Part shown: in pieces, positions 15,426-27,799 of the stretch | Layout: each line of letters begins with the position of its first letter | How positions within the stretch are numbered: position 1 is the stretch's first letter | DNA from: Eledone cirrhosa | Lineage: Eukaryota | Reading direction: 5' to 3' | DNA: 64,000 nucleotides | Assembly (NCBI GenBank): GCA_964016885.1 | Contig: OZ024740.1 | Location: forward strand, 116,622,001-116,686,000 | The notes under the pieces: generated by a model | Seen by the model: only the letters and a program-made list of their open reading frames with translations | Told to the model about the DNA's origin: nothing | Databases searched by the model: none | Translations under genes and position numbers: made by a program

Positions 15426-17309
15426 TCAAACATTTCATTAATATATTTTAACCCTTTAAGGAATGTTCATATATGAAGTGTTTTGTTTTCTAACCAAGCT
15501 GTAGTTGTTTTGTCTCGTGAAATTGAGAAATATCTAGAAATATCTAGAAATTTTTGCTTTTCAGCAAAGCTGTTCAACTAGAGAACGGGCCGCATGTGGC
15601 TGATAGTGATGCGGTTACCAGATATGATGCTCAGTTACGATATAAGCGGGCACCTGTTGGATGAATAAGATATCCCAGACCAACAGCGATAAACTACTAT
15701 GGAAGATGGAGCAATGGGTGACACCTTTAGCTCCCAAGAAAAGTCTTACAACCCAGTGATGTAGCTAGAACAAGGGGAGTAAACGTTGCCTCTAAAAAAA
15801 TCTAGTCTTCGCGGATCTGAGAAAAGTGAATGGCATGAATAAGATCAGCAAAACTGCAATATAGTAAAAGGTAACAAAAAGAATCATACCACATCGTCCT
15901 TCGCGGGTCAACAAAGGACGCGTTCAGACCTTAGGTAGACGGGATTGTTCAAAAAATATATTGCAGTCTCCATTTCATGCCGTAAAAATTGGTAATGTGC
16001 CTGCGACCTGTCTTGGTAGGCGTGGGATGGAGACAGAAAGATTGCATATCCTGAGACCCGACCCCCAAGTATCACAACCCTTTCAGGAATAAGTGGGTGA
16101 AGAAAAAGAAATTCCAACCATATAAAATTCGATATGTCTCTTAGACATTTCAGAAAGTGAACGAAGTTCAACAGAAGAGAAACAAATAGAAAATCAAGAT
16201 ACCGACCTTAAATATGTACGGAATGTAGTTAATTCTGCGAATGTCACCTTCACTGAAACAAAGAAATAGTTCTTACAGAAGTTGTTGATGAAGATCTTTG
16301 ATAAGTTGTTTTTGTCAGAGTTAACCCTGATAATCTAACTTTTAGCATTCTACTTTTTGTATATTATGGAATAAATAGCAATGTACTGTACTACGTTATT
16401 TAAAATGATAGGATGGGACTTGAGGGAAATTTGGCTACTATTTCTAGAAGATGGAGTAGCTGAATAGTGCTTCTCTAGTTAGATCACATTCGAGATAGAT
16501 TTAATGGAGGAGGACCAGAAAAGGTTATTGTTACTGCCTCTGCTCCATAATCTCACAAATGGGACAGCATATCTGGCTGAAGCAGTTGAATGTTGGCCTT
16601 GCAGTTGTTAATTTCATCCTTCTACATTCCGAGTTCAAATCCCTGGAACTGACTTTGCCATTCATCTCCAAAGTGGGTGATAAAATATGTATTAGTACTA
16701 TTCTGATATATGAAAAAAAATTGGCTTCGGGCCTCATAAAAACAAAATAAAAAATATAGTAACAATTAATATTATTGCGGAAGTATTTCACCTGATAGGT
16801 AGTAATTTTGAAATATGAGGAAGAGGAAGAAATGAAGCCATACTGGTGATATTTTGGAAGAAAACTTCGAAATGAAGAGTTTCAGATGCAACGCATTAAA
16901 GGTGTCAGATAGCCCCCTCCTCATCCCCCAACGAAATTTGGATGTAACAAGCATAGTTTCATGTCTATCGGATATCAAAGTTACAGTATTAAGTCTAGCT
17001 ACAGGTTTATTTTTAATACTCACTCTTATTTTAGACCAAGCGATGATGATAGCAAGTCTACAAGAGTGAAAGAAAAATAGAAAAAAATACGAGAAAACAT
17101 GAAACTAGAAATGAAAAGAAATTTGATGATGATACGATGAGGATGGTGGGTGATGGTACCGATGATAATGATAATAACGATGAAAATGATGGTGATGATG
17201 ATGACGATGACGACGATGATGAAAACGATGAAATGTAGATGATGGCGATGACGAGGATTAGATGATGATACATAGATGATGAGGTGAGGAGAGGAAGGAA
17301 GAAAAGGAA

Positions 17310-18075
17310 ATCCCTTCGGTGAGATTTGAACTCAGAAGGTAAAGAATCAGATTAGATACCGCAAAACATCTTACCCGATGATCTACCGATTCTGCCAGAC
17401 CACCACCTTTAGCAACAGCAATTTCAACAATAATTGTTTCTACTTTAGGCACAAGGCCAGCAATTACCCAGTGCATTACTGGTACTTTATTTTATCGACC
17501 CCGTAAGGATGAAAGGCAAAGTCAACCTCGGCGGGATTTGAACTCAAATCGTAAAGGGACGTAACTATGCTGGAAAGCATGACGTCCGAGCCTCTACCGA
17601 TACTGCCAATCCACCGCCCTTATAAAGCAATTTCAACAATAATGATAATGTTTTATGATTTAGACACAAGGCCAGCAATTCTGGGGGAGAGGAAAGTCGA
17701 TTAAATTGATCCCAGTGTATTACTGGTACTTTATTTTATCGACCCCGTAAGGATGAAAGGCAAAGCTAACTTCGACAGGATTTTAACTCAGAACGTAAAG
17801 AGCCGTAACTCTATGCTGCAAAACATGGTGTCCGACGCTCTACCGATTCTGCCTAACCACCACCTTTAACAACAGCAATGTCAATAACAATAATAATAGT
17901 TTGATTTAGGTACAAGGTCAACAATTTTGCGGGGAGGGGATGTTGATTATATCAACCCAAGTACTTGACTGGTACTTTATTTTTTACGACAGTTGACTTC
18001 GAGAGAATTTGAACTCAAAAAGTCGAAACAGATACAAAACATTTTATTCGACGCTCTTATGATTCTGCCAATCCA
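17310..18075 (-). mobile_element. Head-to-tail tandem of about 4 family B SINEs
   Basis: Repeated GGCACAAGGCCAGCAATT..CTGGTACTTTATTTTATCGACCCCGTAAGGATGAAAGGCAAAG..TTTGAACTCAG..CTACCGATTCTGCCAATCCACCGCC, separated by AAC/AAT-rich spacers. Confidence 0.9.
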
Positions 18076-18593
18076 TCTCTTTGAACAACAACAACACAAC
18101 AATAACAACAGTAAAAATAACAATAATATCGACAGCAATAATAATATTGAAAATGAAAAAAATAAGAACGATGATGAAGATGTTTTGTTGAGTGAAGATA
18201 TGCACCCTTAATTCATGACAGGGCCGTAGTGACATTTAAACCTGGCACAGCTCAGCCCTTTCTAGATGTGAACACAGCCAATTTCTTCCTGAGAGCAAGA
18301 CAGATAGACATATATAAGTTTATCCTGGGTTCAATCGGGGGTAACTACAGTAAGTAAGGTACTCAATACATAGCAGAGTATAAATATTTCTTTCCTTTAA
18401 ATCCATCAACCAATGACATCCACCCATCCCAATCACCACCAGAAAAGGTATAAATACCACCACATTACTTGGACAGTCGACTTCCTGTTCCTGATGATTT
18501 CTCCCGAATGAAACAGTTCTAGTCCTGTAGAAGCCCGGGTGAACCTACAGTAACTCCAAGTTACACTCCCTGGATATATATATATATATATAT

Positions 18594-18724
18594 GATACTC
18601 ATCATTTTCCATTTCTTAGAGGGTTCTAGACCCCACTATTAGGCTAAAATTTCTTTAGTCAAAAATACGGCGAAAGCTTCTATTTCTATTTTCAAACTCG
18701 CTCGCGGTTTCAAAACATACTTAT
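18594..18724 (+). repeat. Short (TA)n-adjacent dispersed repeat, homologous to 54611-54747
   Basis: ATACTCATC.TTTTCCATTT..GAGGG..ACCCCA.TAT.AGGCTAAAATT.CTTTAGTCAAAAATACGG.GAAAGCT is shared between the two sites. Confidence 0.75.
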
Positions 18725-18734
18725 AAAAGAAGAA

Positions 18735-18876
18735 TCGACCCCAATACTGTTCTAAGACTTTATTAATCGAACTCGAAAAGATGAGAGACAACGTTGAGCT
18801 CTGAGATTTGAACTCCGGAACGAATGTTGCAAACCATTCTATCCGACGTTTTAAAAACTCACCTAATTCACCGCCT
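18735..18876 (-). mobile_element. Family B SINE, decayed
   Basis: TCGACCCCAATACTG..GAGATTTGAACTCCGGAACG..AATTCACCGCC. Confidence 0.7.
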
Positions 18877-19194
18877 ATATTACAAGGTAAGTTTTGTAAA
18901 AAAAATATTGTGACGACGATAAAAATGATCTTGAACATAAGAAGAACAAACTATGTTGATTCTGCCACCCGCCACCTTTAACAAAACAATGATAATAAAT
19001 AAGAAGACAATGTATTCATTATTCATCACAAGAACAAACAAAAACTGGGCTGGGACAAGAAAGAACAAGTAAATACACTATATTTACATAAAACGGATTT
19101 AATTATACAGGAAACACAAAGCTGTTTTTAGTTGTGTCTATGTTGGTGGTGTGTGTAGGCTAATAATAAGATACGCACGAACACACACACACGC

Positions 19195-19290
<96 letters not shown>

Positions 19291-20004
19291 CATATATATA
19301 TATGCATATATTTATATATACACACACAAGGTGAGAATATTTATATCAGTAGCTTAACATATTTTTGCATTACCAAACAGTTTCTTAGTCGTGAATACGA
19401 CCAGCTTTTTCAGATGTGATCAACATGATATATAATAATAAAGTGCTAAAGTACAAAAATATTTTTTACACTGTATCTCACTATTTTTTTTAAATAGAAA
19501 GATTTTTTATTGATGAAGTGGGGTGAAACCTCCGTAGGCCTCGTAACCGCTGTAGCTTCCGTGGCCCCTGAAGTATCATCATTATATAGTTGTAGAACAC
19601 CAAACATTTAGTGATGCTGAATCCTGGTAATTGTCTTTGAAAAAGAAACAATGCTGTGTCATGCATTCAAATTGCAAAAGATAAAAGTTAAATTGTTCCC
19701 CCGTCAAGCACGAAATTAACTGTCTAGCTATATGGCGCCCTGCTGTTTAGAGAGTGGTTAACTCTTCCAGTTAAGAAAGCAGACGATTATATAATAACAG
19801 AAATCATCATTATCGTCATTATTACTATTATTATTATTGTTGTTGCAGTTATTATTTCATTTTTCATATTCTAATAACTTCATTATTCTATCTGCTATTC
19901 TATTCTTCCACTCTATTTGATATACATATCTTTATATAAATAGATGCACTTTGCCACCTCTTTTTGTCAATCACCCTCTCAAACACACACACATATGAAT
20001 GTAT

Positions 20005-20337
20005 GCCTGCAGAGTTCCTAAACTCCCGTGGGAGTCGTAGGAGCGCCGTATTGACATACGACGTTTTTAGGGGATTTTTTAGGGGATTTTTAAAAACCTG
20101 GTGAAGCCCATCTCCTCTCCACGTCTGAACACAGCAGGATAGTGAGAGAATGGAAGTAAGAAAGAGATATAGTGGAAGAATCGACCCTAGTACTTGACTG
20201 GTGCTGTTTTATCGACCACGAATAAATGAAAGGCAAAGTTGACCTCGACGAGATTTAATCTTAGAGGGCAGAGAGCCGGAACAAATACCACAAAACACCA
20301 TCCGACGTTCTAACGACTTTCTAACGACTCTGCCAGT
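20005..20337 (-). mobile_element. Family B SINE subfamily with a long alternative 3' tail (also 31040-31300 on +, 42480-42757 on -)
   Basis: Family B core at 20180-20337, preceded by the GCCCATCTCCTCT..TCTGAACACAGC..GAAAGAGATATAG tail shared among these copies. Confidence 0.7.
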
Positions 20338-20823
20338 TACCTAGTTACCTATATGTATGTTATAAACATTCTTAAATACATACACTATACACATATACGT
20401 GGTAATTTTACATAAAAATATGCAAGTAATACACACACGCGCACACATACACATTTATATGAGATGGAAATAAAAAAAAATGCCAGATACGTAATCTTTA
20501 AAAACAATGTAATGTTACATACACAATGTCTGAGAAAAGACGTGATGGTCTTAGAAGGAAGGTCATTGATCATAAATGACCTAGGGCTAAGCAAGCAACA
20601 GTAACGAGTCTATACTGACTTGTGTGTGTATGTGTGTGTGTGTGTGTGGTAGTGGTGGTGGTGGTGGTGGTGGTGGTGTGTATGTGTGTGTGTGTGGCCC
20701 TGCGCTCTGAAAATATGCATGTAGGTATATATATACAAACGCATACTCTCATGTATGAATTCTCCCAAGATCACATACACGCACGTACATTCGCACATAC
20801 ATGAGTGTTCTAATCTCTATTAT

Positions 20824-21023
20824 GACGGCACTCCGTCGGTTACGACGACGAGTATTCCTGTTTATACGATCAACGGAAGAGCTTGCTCAGGAAATTAACG
20901 TGAAGGTGGCTGAGCATCCCACCAACACGTGTACCCTTAACGCAGCTCTCAAGGAGATAGAGCGTGACACAGAATGTGACAAGGCTGGCCCTTCGATTTA
21001 CAGGTACAACTCATTTTTACCAG
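20824..21023 (-). mobile_element. Family A SINE, 3' half
   Basis: Reverse complement of 34862-35050 (CTCCGTCGGTTACGACGACGAG..TGTGACA..ACTCATTTTTACCAG); ends at the (TACA)n tract. Confidence 0.75.
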
Positions 21024-21047
21024 GTACATACATACATACATACATAC

Positions 21048-21987
21048 GATACGCTTTTGCAATCCAAGAACAGGAAATCAACACGAAATACCTGATTCAC
21101 AAAAGAGATAGGGATGCAGGCAAAACACCTAGATGTGACGCAGGCAAAACACCTAGATGTGATAAGTGCAGACTCTGCAGAATTAACATCGAAGATGTCA
21201 CCCATGTCATAAGCAGCTGTCCAAAGATGTCATCGCGGTACTATCTACCTATGAGGCATGATGTAGTGGCCCAAACACTGTACAATGCAATCCGTTGAAA
21301 AGATAGCTCCGATAATAAACACATTAAAAGCTACAGCAATGTGGAAGACATACATATACATAATATGAAAGAGTACTGGTGGAATGTTCCAGTAAAAAAC
21401 CCAATAAAATGCAGGCATAACAGACCATATATTATGATATGGGACAGGGAAAAGAAGGCATGCACAGTAGTGGAAGTTAGCTGCCCAGCAGATACCAATA
21501 AAATATCAAAGATTAGCGAAAAGGAGAATATTTATGCAGAACTGATGAGAAATCTTCAGATACTCCACCCTGATTACACCTTCAGATTTACGCCTGTGAT
21601 TGTTGGGGCACTGGGATATGTTAGTAACTGCCCCAATACAAATCTTGAGAAGCTGGGATTCACAGGAACAGAAAGAACACAACTAGTTAGGAAATTACAA
21701 GTACAATCTATTAATGGAACAGTAAAAATATGTAAAACATTTCAAAAATGTGCATCTAATAACTGCATATACACATGTACAGATACTAAACATATACACA
21801 TGCACACATACACCTCAAAACATCCACATCCACACATACAATAACATCCATATCTACACATACAGACATGTATGCATATCTACCTAGTTGATGTTGTGTA
21901 AATTCCAACGAGAGAGTCGTGTGTCTATGTTAGAAATCGACTCTCTCTCTATTGGCAAACATTTGTGAAATTATAAAATCAGAAGAA
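21048..21987 (+). mobile_element. 5'-truncated R4/Dong-like non-LTR retrotransposon (CCHC knuckle plus restriction-like endonuclease), pseudogenized
   Basis: AIQEQEINTKY..CRLC..HVISSC..YLPMRHD..YWWN..HNRPYI..VVEVSCP..EKENIY..PVIVGALG. Stop at 21296, catalytic PD changed to PY, 21-bp internal duplication (DAGKTPRC twice). Confidence 0.85.
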
Positions 21988-22360
21988 CATACATACATAC
22001 ATACATACATGCATACATACATTTATGCACGATTTCCTGCTCTGGGTCAAGTTTCCCTAATGGACTCAATTCCTCTTCCTTATTTCTTTAATTTTGCACA
22101 TATACGCTTGCGTTTAGTTCAAAATTTCGTTACTGTCACCCTTACCTCGCCCGTTGACCCATGCACATTCACTCCTAGGCTCTGTTACGGCCAGAACACA
22201 CACTCATACAGTTTGTACAGACCAACAAACACGCACCTCTACACTTACCCTCACAACTTTGTACGGACCAACACACACACACATATATATATACCCTCAA
22301 ACTCACATACATAATGTAGCCGACAGTCAAATCGAACCAAGGGCTCATTATTTCCTTTGG

Positions 22361-22434
<74 letters not shown>

Positions 22435-22442
<8 letters not shown>

Positions 22443-22726
22443 AAATGTGTGTCTTGTACAAGGAGATAGAATATTGGAAAATGTGTGTCTTGTACAAGGG
22501 GATAGAATATTGGAAAATGTGTGTCTTGTACAAGGGGATAGAATATTGGAAAATGTGTGTCTTGTACAAGGGGATAGCAAGACACACATTTTCCAATATT
22601 CTATCCCCTTGTACAAGACACACATTTTCCAATATTCTATCCCCTTGTACAAGACACACATTTTCCAATATTTTATCCCCTTGTACAAGACACACATTTT
22701 CCAATATTCTATCCCCTTGTACAAGA
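22435..22726. repeat. Head-to-head inverted array of a 36-bp unit (4 forward plus 4 reverse)
   Basis: TATTGGAAAATGTGTGTCTTGTACAAGGGGATAGAA four times, then its reverse complement four times, switching at ~22577. Confidence 0.95.
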
Positions 22727-23103
22727 GCTAAGTTTCTCCCCACCCAACCCTACTCACTGTCTCAACTCATTACTGCTATGAACACTTTTTCAACACACCT
22801 ACACCCATGCACTTATTAAAGGGGGAGAAAAGAAACCCCTACCACACCACAGACATGTTAAATCCCTATATATAGAACAACACACCACATACACATCAGT
22901 TTGACAAGCGCACCTCAGCGTGAAAGGTCTTTCTAAAAACGAAACAATACCTCCTACGTTAACCAAGAACTCCTAAGACCTAACCAACAATCAACAACTT
23001 AATTTATAAAATAATTTTTTTTAAGAAAAATTCTTTTTGGATTTTGTGAAGAAAATAAATTTGTTGAAAGCACAAGTGAAGCCATTTTTTCTTCCCCCCT
23101 GTC

Positions 23104-23106
<3 letters not shown>

Positions 23107-23151
<45 letters not shown>

Positions 23152-23343
23152 TATATTTATATATACATATATATATGTATATATACATATATATATACAT
23201 ACATATACATACATATACATACATATATATATATGTATATAAACATATATATATATACATACATATACATATGTATATATATGTATATATACATATATAT
23301 ACATATATATATACATATATATACATAATATACATATATATGC

Positions 23344-23374
<31 letters not shown>

Positions 23375-23385
23375 CATATATATGC

Positions 23386-23459
<74 letters not shown>

Positions 23460-23523
23460 TATGCATATATATACATATATATATATGCATATATATACAT
23501 GTATACATATACATATATATATG

Positions 23524-23556
<33 letters not shown>
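23107..23556. repeat. Long imperfect (TA)n/(TACA) microsatellite
   Basis: Read directly; similar tracts at 1640-1990, 26478-26635, 33636-34010, 53607-53990 and 54750-55015. Confidence 0.95.
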
Positions 23557-23775
23557 TAGAAAGTGAGGTTTTTTTTTACAAAATGAAAAAAAAACGAGGT
23601 GTCCTACACGAGTGAAAGTATAAAGAAAAAAGATGAAATCTAAAATGAAACTGGAGTCTTTTTTTTAAAAATATATTTATTTGGTTCCTTTACCGGTTTC
23701 GCAGTTCTTGTGCTTTTCAAAAGTAGAATTGAGATGGAGGGTTTGTGGTTTTTCTCGTATCTGGTTGGTGTTCGA

Positions 23776-23834
<59 letters not shown>

Positions 23835-24003
23835 CACCCCCACGACCACTTTGCAGTGAAATGGTAGGAACTCCAGTCCTATCATCTCATTTCTACAGCT
23901 GAGTAAACTGGAACTAAAAAAATCAATCTGTGTCAATATATGTGTGTCTAACCCATGTTAGCGTGGAAGAACGGACGTAAAACAGTGATGATGATGATGA
24001 TGA

Positions 24004-24065
<62 letters not shown>

Positions 24066-24211
24066 TATATATTTATATATACATATATAATATAAATATA
24101 TATATATGTATATATATATATACATGTATGTATATAACAAAGAGGGTATGTTAAGATATCAGGTGGACCTAACGCACCAGAGTACTGAATACTTGGGGTA
24201 GAAGAGTGGGT

Positions 24212-24337
24212 AATATGAAAAGAGTCAGGACCCGACGGCTGAGCTCCGACCGTTTCGACAGCTAGATCTGAACTGTCTGGATATAGCTGTCGAAACGGCC
24301 GGAGCTCAATCGTCGGAGTCCTGATTCTTTTCATATT
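24212..24337. repeat. Imperfect fold-back (~55-bp arms) of a short dispersed repeat also seen at ~1120-1170 and ~2229-2300
   Basis: AATATGAAAAGAGTCAGGACCCGACGGCTGAGCTCCGACCGTTTCGACAGCTA versus TAGCTGTCGAAACGGCCGGAGCTCAATCGTCGGAGTCCTGATTCTTTTCATATT. Confidence 0.85.
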
Positions 24338-24388
24338 TCGTATTATATATATATCACTTTGATCACCTTGACCGACCACCTTGACCGA

Positions 24389-24438
<50 letters not shown>

Positions 24439-24601
24439 GAAAAAATGGCGCGCTGCGTTGTTGCGAGTGTAATACATCTGAATGAAAAATAGACAGAGAA
24501 ACGGGACTGTCCATCATCAGTGATCTTTTGACTATCATCGATATTTCTTCGCATTAAAGACATATATATATATATATATGTAACTTTTCATAGCAAATAT
24601 A

Positions 24602-26402
24602 CTAGCAGTTTAGCCCGGCGTTGCTCGGGTTTGTTCATTTGCTATGAAAAGTTACATACAGGTAAACGTAGCTTGAAAGCGCATAAGCTTATCAATTAAG
24701 TGCATAAAGCAGTTGAACCGGTTATTAATAGTTACGAACCAATTAGCACTTTGAACAATCAATGATGGGTTAATAATTTTCCAATAGCGAATTTAATACA
24801 CCAAAGTTGCCAGATGGTGGCCCTGATGCCGCTGGGTGTCAGATCTGTCCGCTATGGGTGACCCTACCAGTTTTCCAGACGGCATAGCTCCAACACCTCC
24901 AACACCTCCAACACCTGCACCAACATCTATAGCACCTCTTTGTAGACGATATTGTAAGTCATCCCTTGAGGAGTGTAAGCAAAAAGTCCATTCCTGCTCC
25001 CTACGCGGGAACAGGTAACATAAAATTGGCCATGGGAGATTAGCCAGTTTCAGTCTGAACACTCTGGCAATGAGGTCATGTTTGTTCGAATAATTTTTGC
25101 ACAGGAAAAAGTTCACGGGTTACAATCCGATTCATATGTCTATAGCATTAATCTGTTATATGAAGTGTTATTTTGCGGGTTGTTATTTGCAATAAGCCGA
25201 TTGAAAATGCCCCAGATAAGCCGTATGCCAATACGGAACGCTCCACTGCAGTGAAGAGCGACAGAGAGAGTAAAGCAGTTAAATTATAGAGAGGGGTAAT
25301 ATATGGAACGCTACATTTGATCATATACATTGTTTCTCTCTCTGCAGTGTTGTCATATAGGGAGTGAAGAGCGACCGAGAGTGTTAAGCAGTTAAATTAT
25401 AGAGAGGGGGAATATACGGAACGCTCAATTTGATCACATACATTGTTTCTCTCTCTGCAGTGTTGTCATATAGGGAGTGAAGAGCGACAGAGAGAGTAAA
25501 GCAGTTAAATTATAGAGAGGGGGGATGATCATGATCGATTTTTGCCCTTATTGTTGATTGATTTGAAATGTTTTTGCTTCAAGACCTTCTGACCAAAAGC
25601 AATAATTGTCCCGACTTTGAATAGAATCCCGTGAAAAAAGTCTCAATTTTTTGTCTCGGAGAAAAACAAAGAAAGAAAATTACAAAAAGGACAACAATAA
25701 AATATGTTTGTTGAGAATCATGTAAATAAATGCTTAAGCGACGTTATTGTTACGTTTGTTGTTTCATAAATTCATCTGTTGCTTTTGAATATTTATTATT
25801 TGATGTAAAATGTAAGTGTGTAAAATGTAACGTGGAGAGAGCAGTATGTATTTAGTGTTATCGACTTTTTAAATTTTTGATATTTGATGTATGAGTGTCG
25901 TTATGACTGTTTGTTGCTTAGATTTCAAAGTTTGGGTCGCGTTCCTTCAAAAGAAGTTTTGTCGTTGTTCTAAATTGTAATGGTGATAGAGTAGTAGACG
26001 GAGGCAGTAACCTTTTAAAGAGAGTTGCAGAGGAGATTGATGGGGGAGTAGAGAGAGTGATGGACCTTTTAAAGAGAGTTGCAGAGGAGATTGATAGTGG
26101 AGTAGAGGAAAAGATGAACCTTTTAAAGAGAGTTGCAACATGTATGTAGTTTCATATATTTTGATGGTAGTAGTGAGAGGAATGAAGCGTGTAAGAGAGA
26201 GGGTTACAGCATGTATTTAGTTTTATCGATTATTTTTCATAGAAGCAGGAAATATTTGGCAAAAATAATTATGCGTTGACCTGCCCTGGTAAATTTGGAG
26301 CACATTGGAAAAAAATTCATCAAAATCGGTAGAGAAATGTGGAAATGCATAAAAATCATACACACACACACACAGACATCTACCGTTTTATATATAGAGA
26401 GA
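24602..26402 (-). mobile_element. Non-autonomous Helitron with Rep-domain remnant
   Basis: On the minus strand: A|TC 5' end at 26402, 3' hairpin CCCGAGCAACGCCGGG, then CTAG|T at 24602. HDLIARVFRLKL Rep motif at ~25045-25085; internal 113-bp and 54-bp tandem repeats. Confidence 0.8.
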
Positions 26403-26575
26403 TAGTAATATTAAATGTGAAGACTAAAATCCGAATCCCGTTAAGGGTGAAAGCAGCGATTCTTTGCTCAAACATTAAATATAAATATATATAAATATAT
26501 ATATATATAAATATATATAAATATATATATATATAAATATATATAAATATATATATATATAATATATATAAATAT

Positions 26576-26634
<59 letters not shown>

Positions 26635-26744
26635 AATGGAAGTTTAGTAATATCGAAGCTTCGGCTGTAGCCAAGCCAACGAGATACAATGAAGAATTTG
26701 TGCATCCAAGCACTCAACGAGGAGTCTCAGAGTAATAACTGTCT

Positions 26745-26920
26745 CTACTTTTGACACAAGGCCAGCAATTATCCCAGTACATTGTTGGTACTTTATTTTA
26801 TCGACCCCGTAAGGATGAAAGGCAAAGTTAACCTCAGCTGGATTTGAACTCAGAATAGAAAGGGCCATAACTCTTTGCATCAAAGCATGGCGTCCGACCC
26901 TCTACCGATACTGTCAATCA
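26745..26920 (-). mobile_element. Family B SINE (short variant)
   Basis: CTACTTTTGACACAAGGCCAGCAATTATCCCAGT..GGATGAAAGGCAAAG..CTACCGATACTG. Confidence 0.9.
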
Positions 26921-26939
26921 GAGTAATAACATTCGTTAG

Positions 26940-27420
26940 ACGGCATGGCAAATTGAAAACTGGCAGGTAGGCCCAGCCACGACACCGAAGCAACGAGAAA
27001 ACCAACAGGTAACAAATAAGAGAGACGGTTATTCGTACATCCCTTTTTTATTCGTTATACGTATTTCGAAGATGTAAGGTAGTTATATAATGACTGCCTT
27101 ACACGATCTCTTCAGAGTCGCCAGATTTTTAATCAACCAACTTTCTTCAATTAAATATATATATATGTGTATACAAATGAATATATGAGAGGGATGAACA
27201 CTGATACAAGTATACATGTATGTGTTCAAATTGCAAATGACCAAGTTAGCTAGGTTGAAAAATACTAATTTAAAATAATATGGTTTGCCTGTCTCGATTT
27301 AAAGTAATACATCAATGAAAATAACAAAGCTATATTGGCAATGGCTGTGATACCCGGACAAATTCTAAATTTGTTTCGCAACAATTATTAAGTGAAAGTC
27401 ACTATCCCTAATTTTAGTCC
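26940..27420 (-). mobile_element. Decayed Penelope-like element 3' end with hammerhead core and AATAAA
   Basis: Minus strand CTGAAGA (27115-27109), long hairpin, C-GAAA-TACGTA-T-A, AATAAA (27052-27047). Helix I is broken. Upstream frameshifted remnant (..HLNNC..KFRI..IFQPS.N) resembles a GIY-YIG C-terminus. Confidence 0.45.
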
Positions 27421-27799
27421 CATAAAACCGGCTGCTATTTTTAGCGGCACGAGTGACATGTGGGTTCAACAACACATATTTCTCAGTCTTCTTAAGTATT
27501 TTGAAGTGAAAAGTACGAATTTTCTGGATACCCGCAGAAGAGCACAGGGATAGTGACTTTCACTTAATAATTGTTGCGAAACAATGTGCTTCTCGGTGGA
27601 TTTGAACGCTGAACGCAGAGACCCAGAACAAATATTCAATTCTCTAACGACTGCTGTGAAACGTCAATTGCAATTTGAGGATGAAGTTTCTGTCACAGTG
27701 CGTCTGCTGGCTTTTAATGTCACGGTATTCCGTCTCACACCAGCTCTTGTCAATCATACGTTCTTGTCCGCATTCAAAAGGTAATTGTTACCATGAGAT

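Noticed and set aside
15600-16280. Possible Penelope ORF relic (VVNSANVTFTETKK)
   Set aside because: Only one short weak motif with many stops; cannot be supported without a profile search.
22435-22726. 36-bp partly palindromic repeat resembling a CRISPR repeat
   Set aside because: There are no spacers; the units are adjacent and then inverted.
26404-26480. Short repeat shared with 46290-46380 (-) with GGGTGAAAGCAGCGATT, hammerhead-like
   Set aside because: The CUGANGA core is absent in both copies; too degenerate to call.
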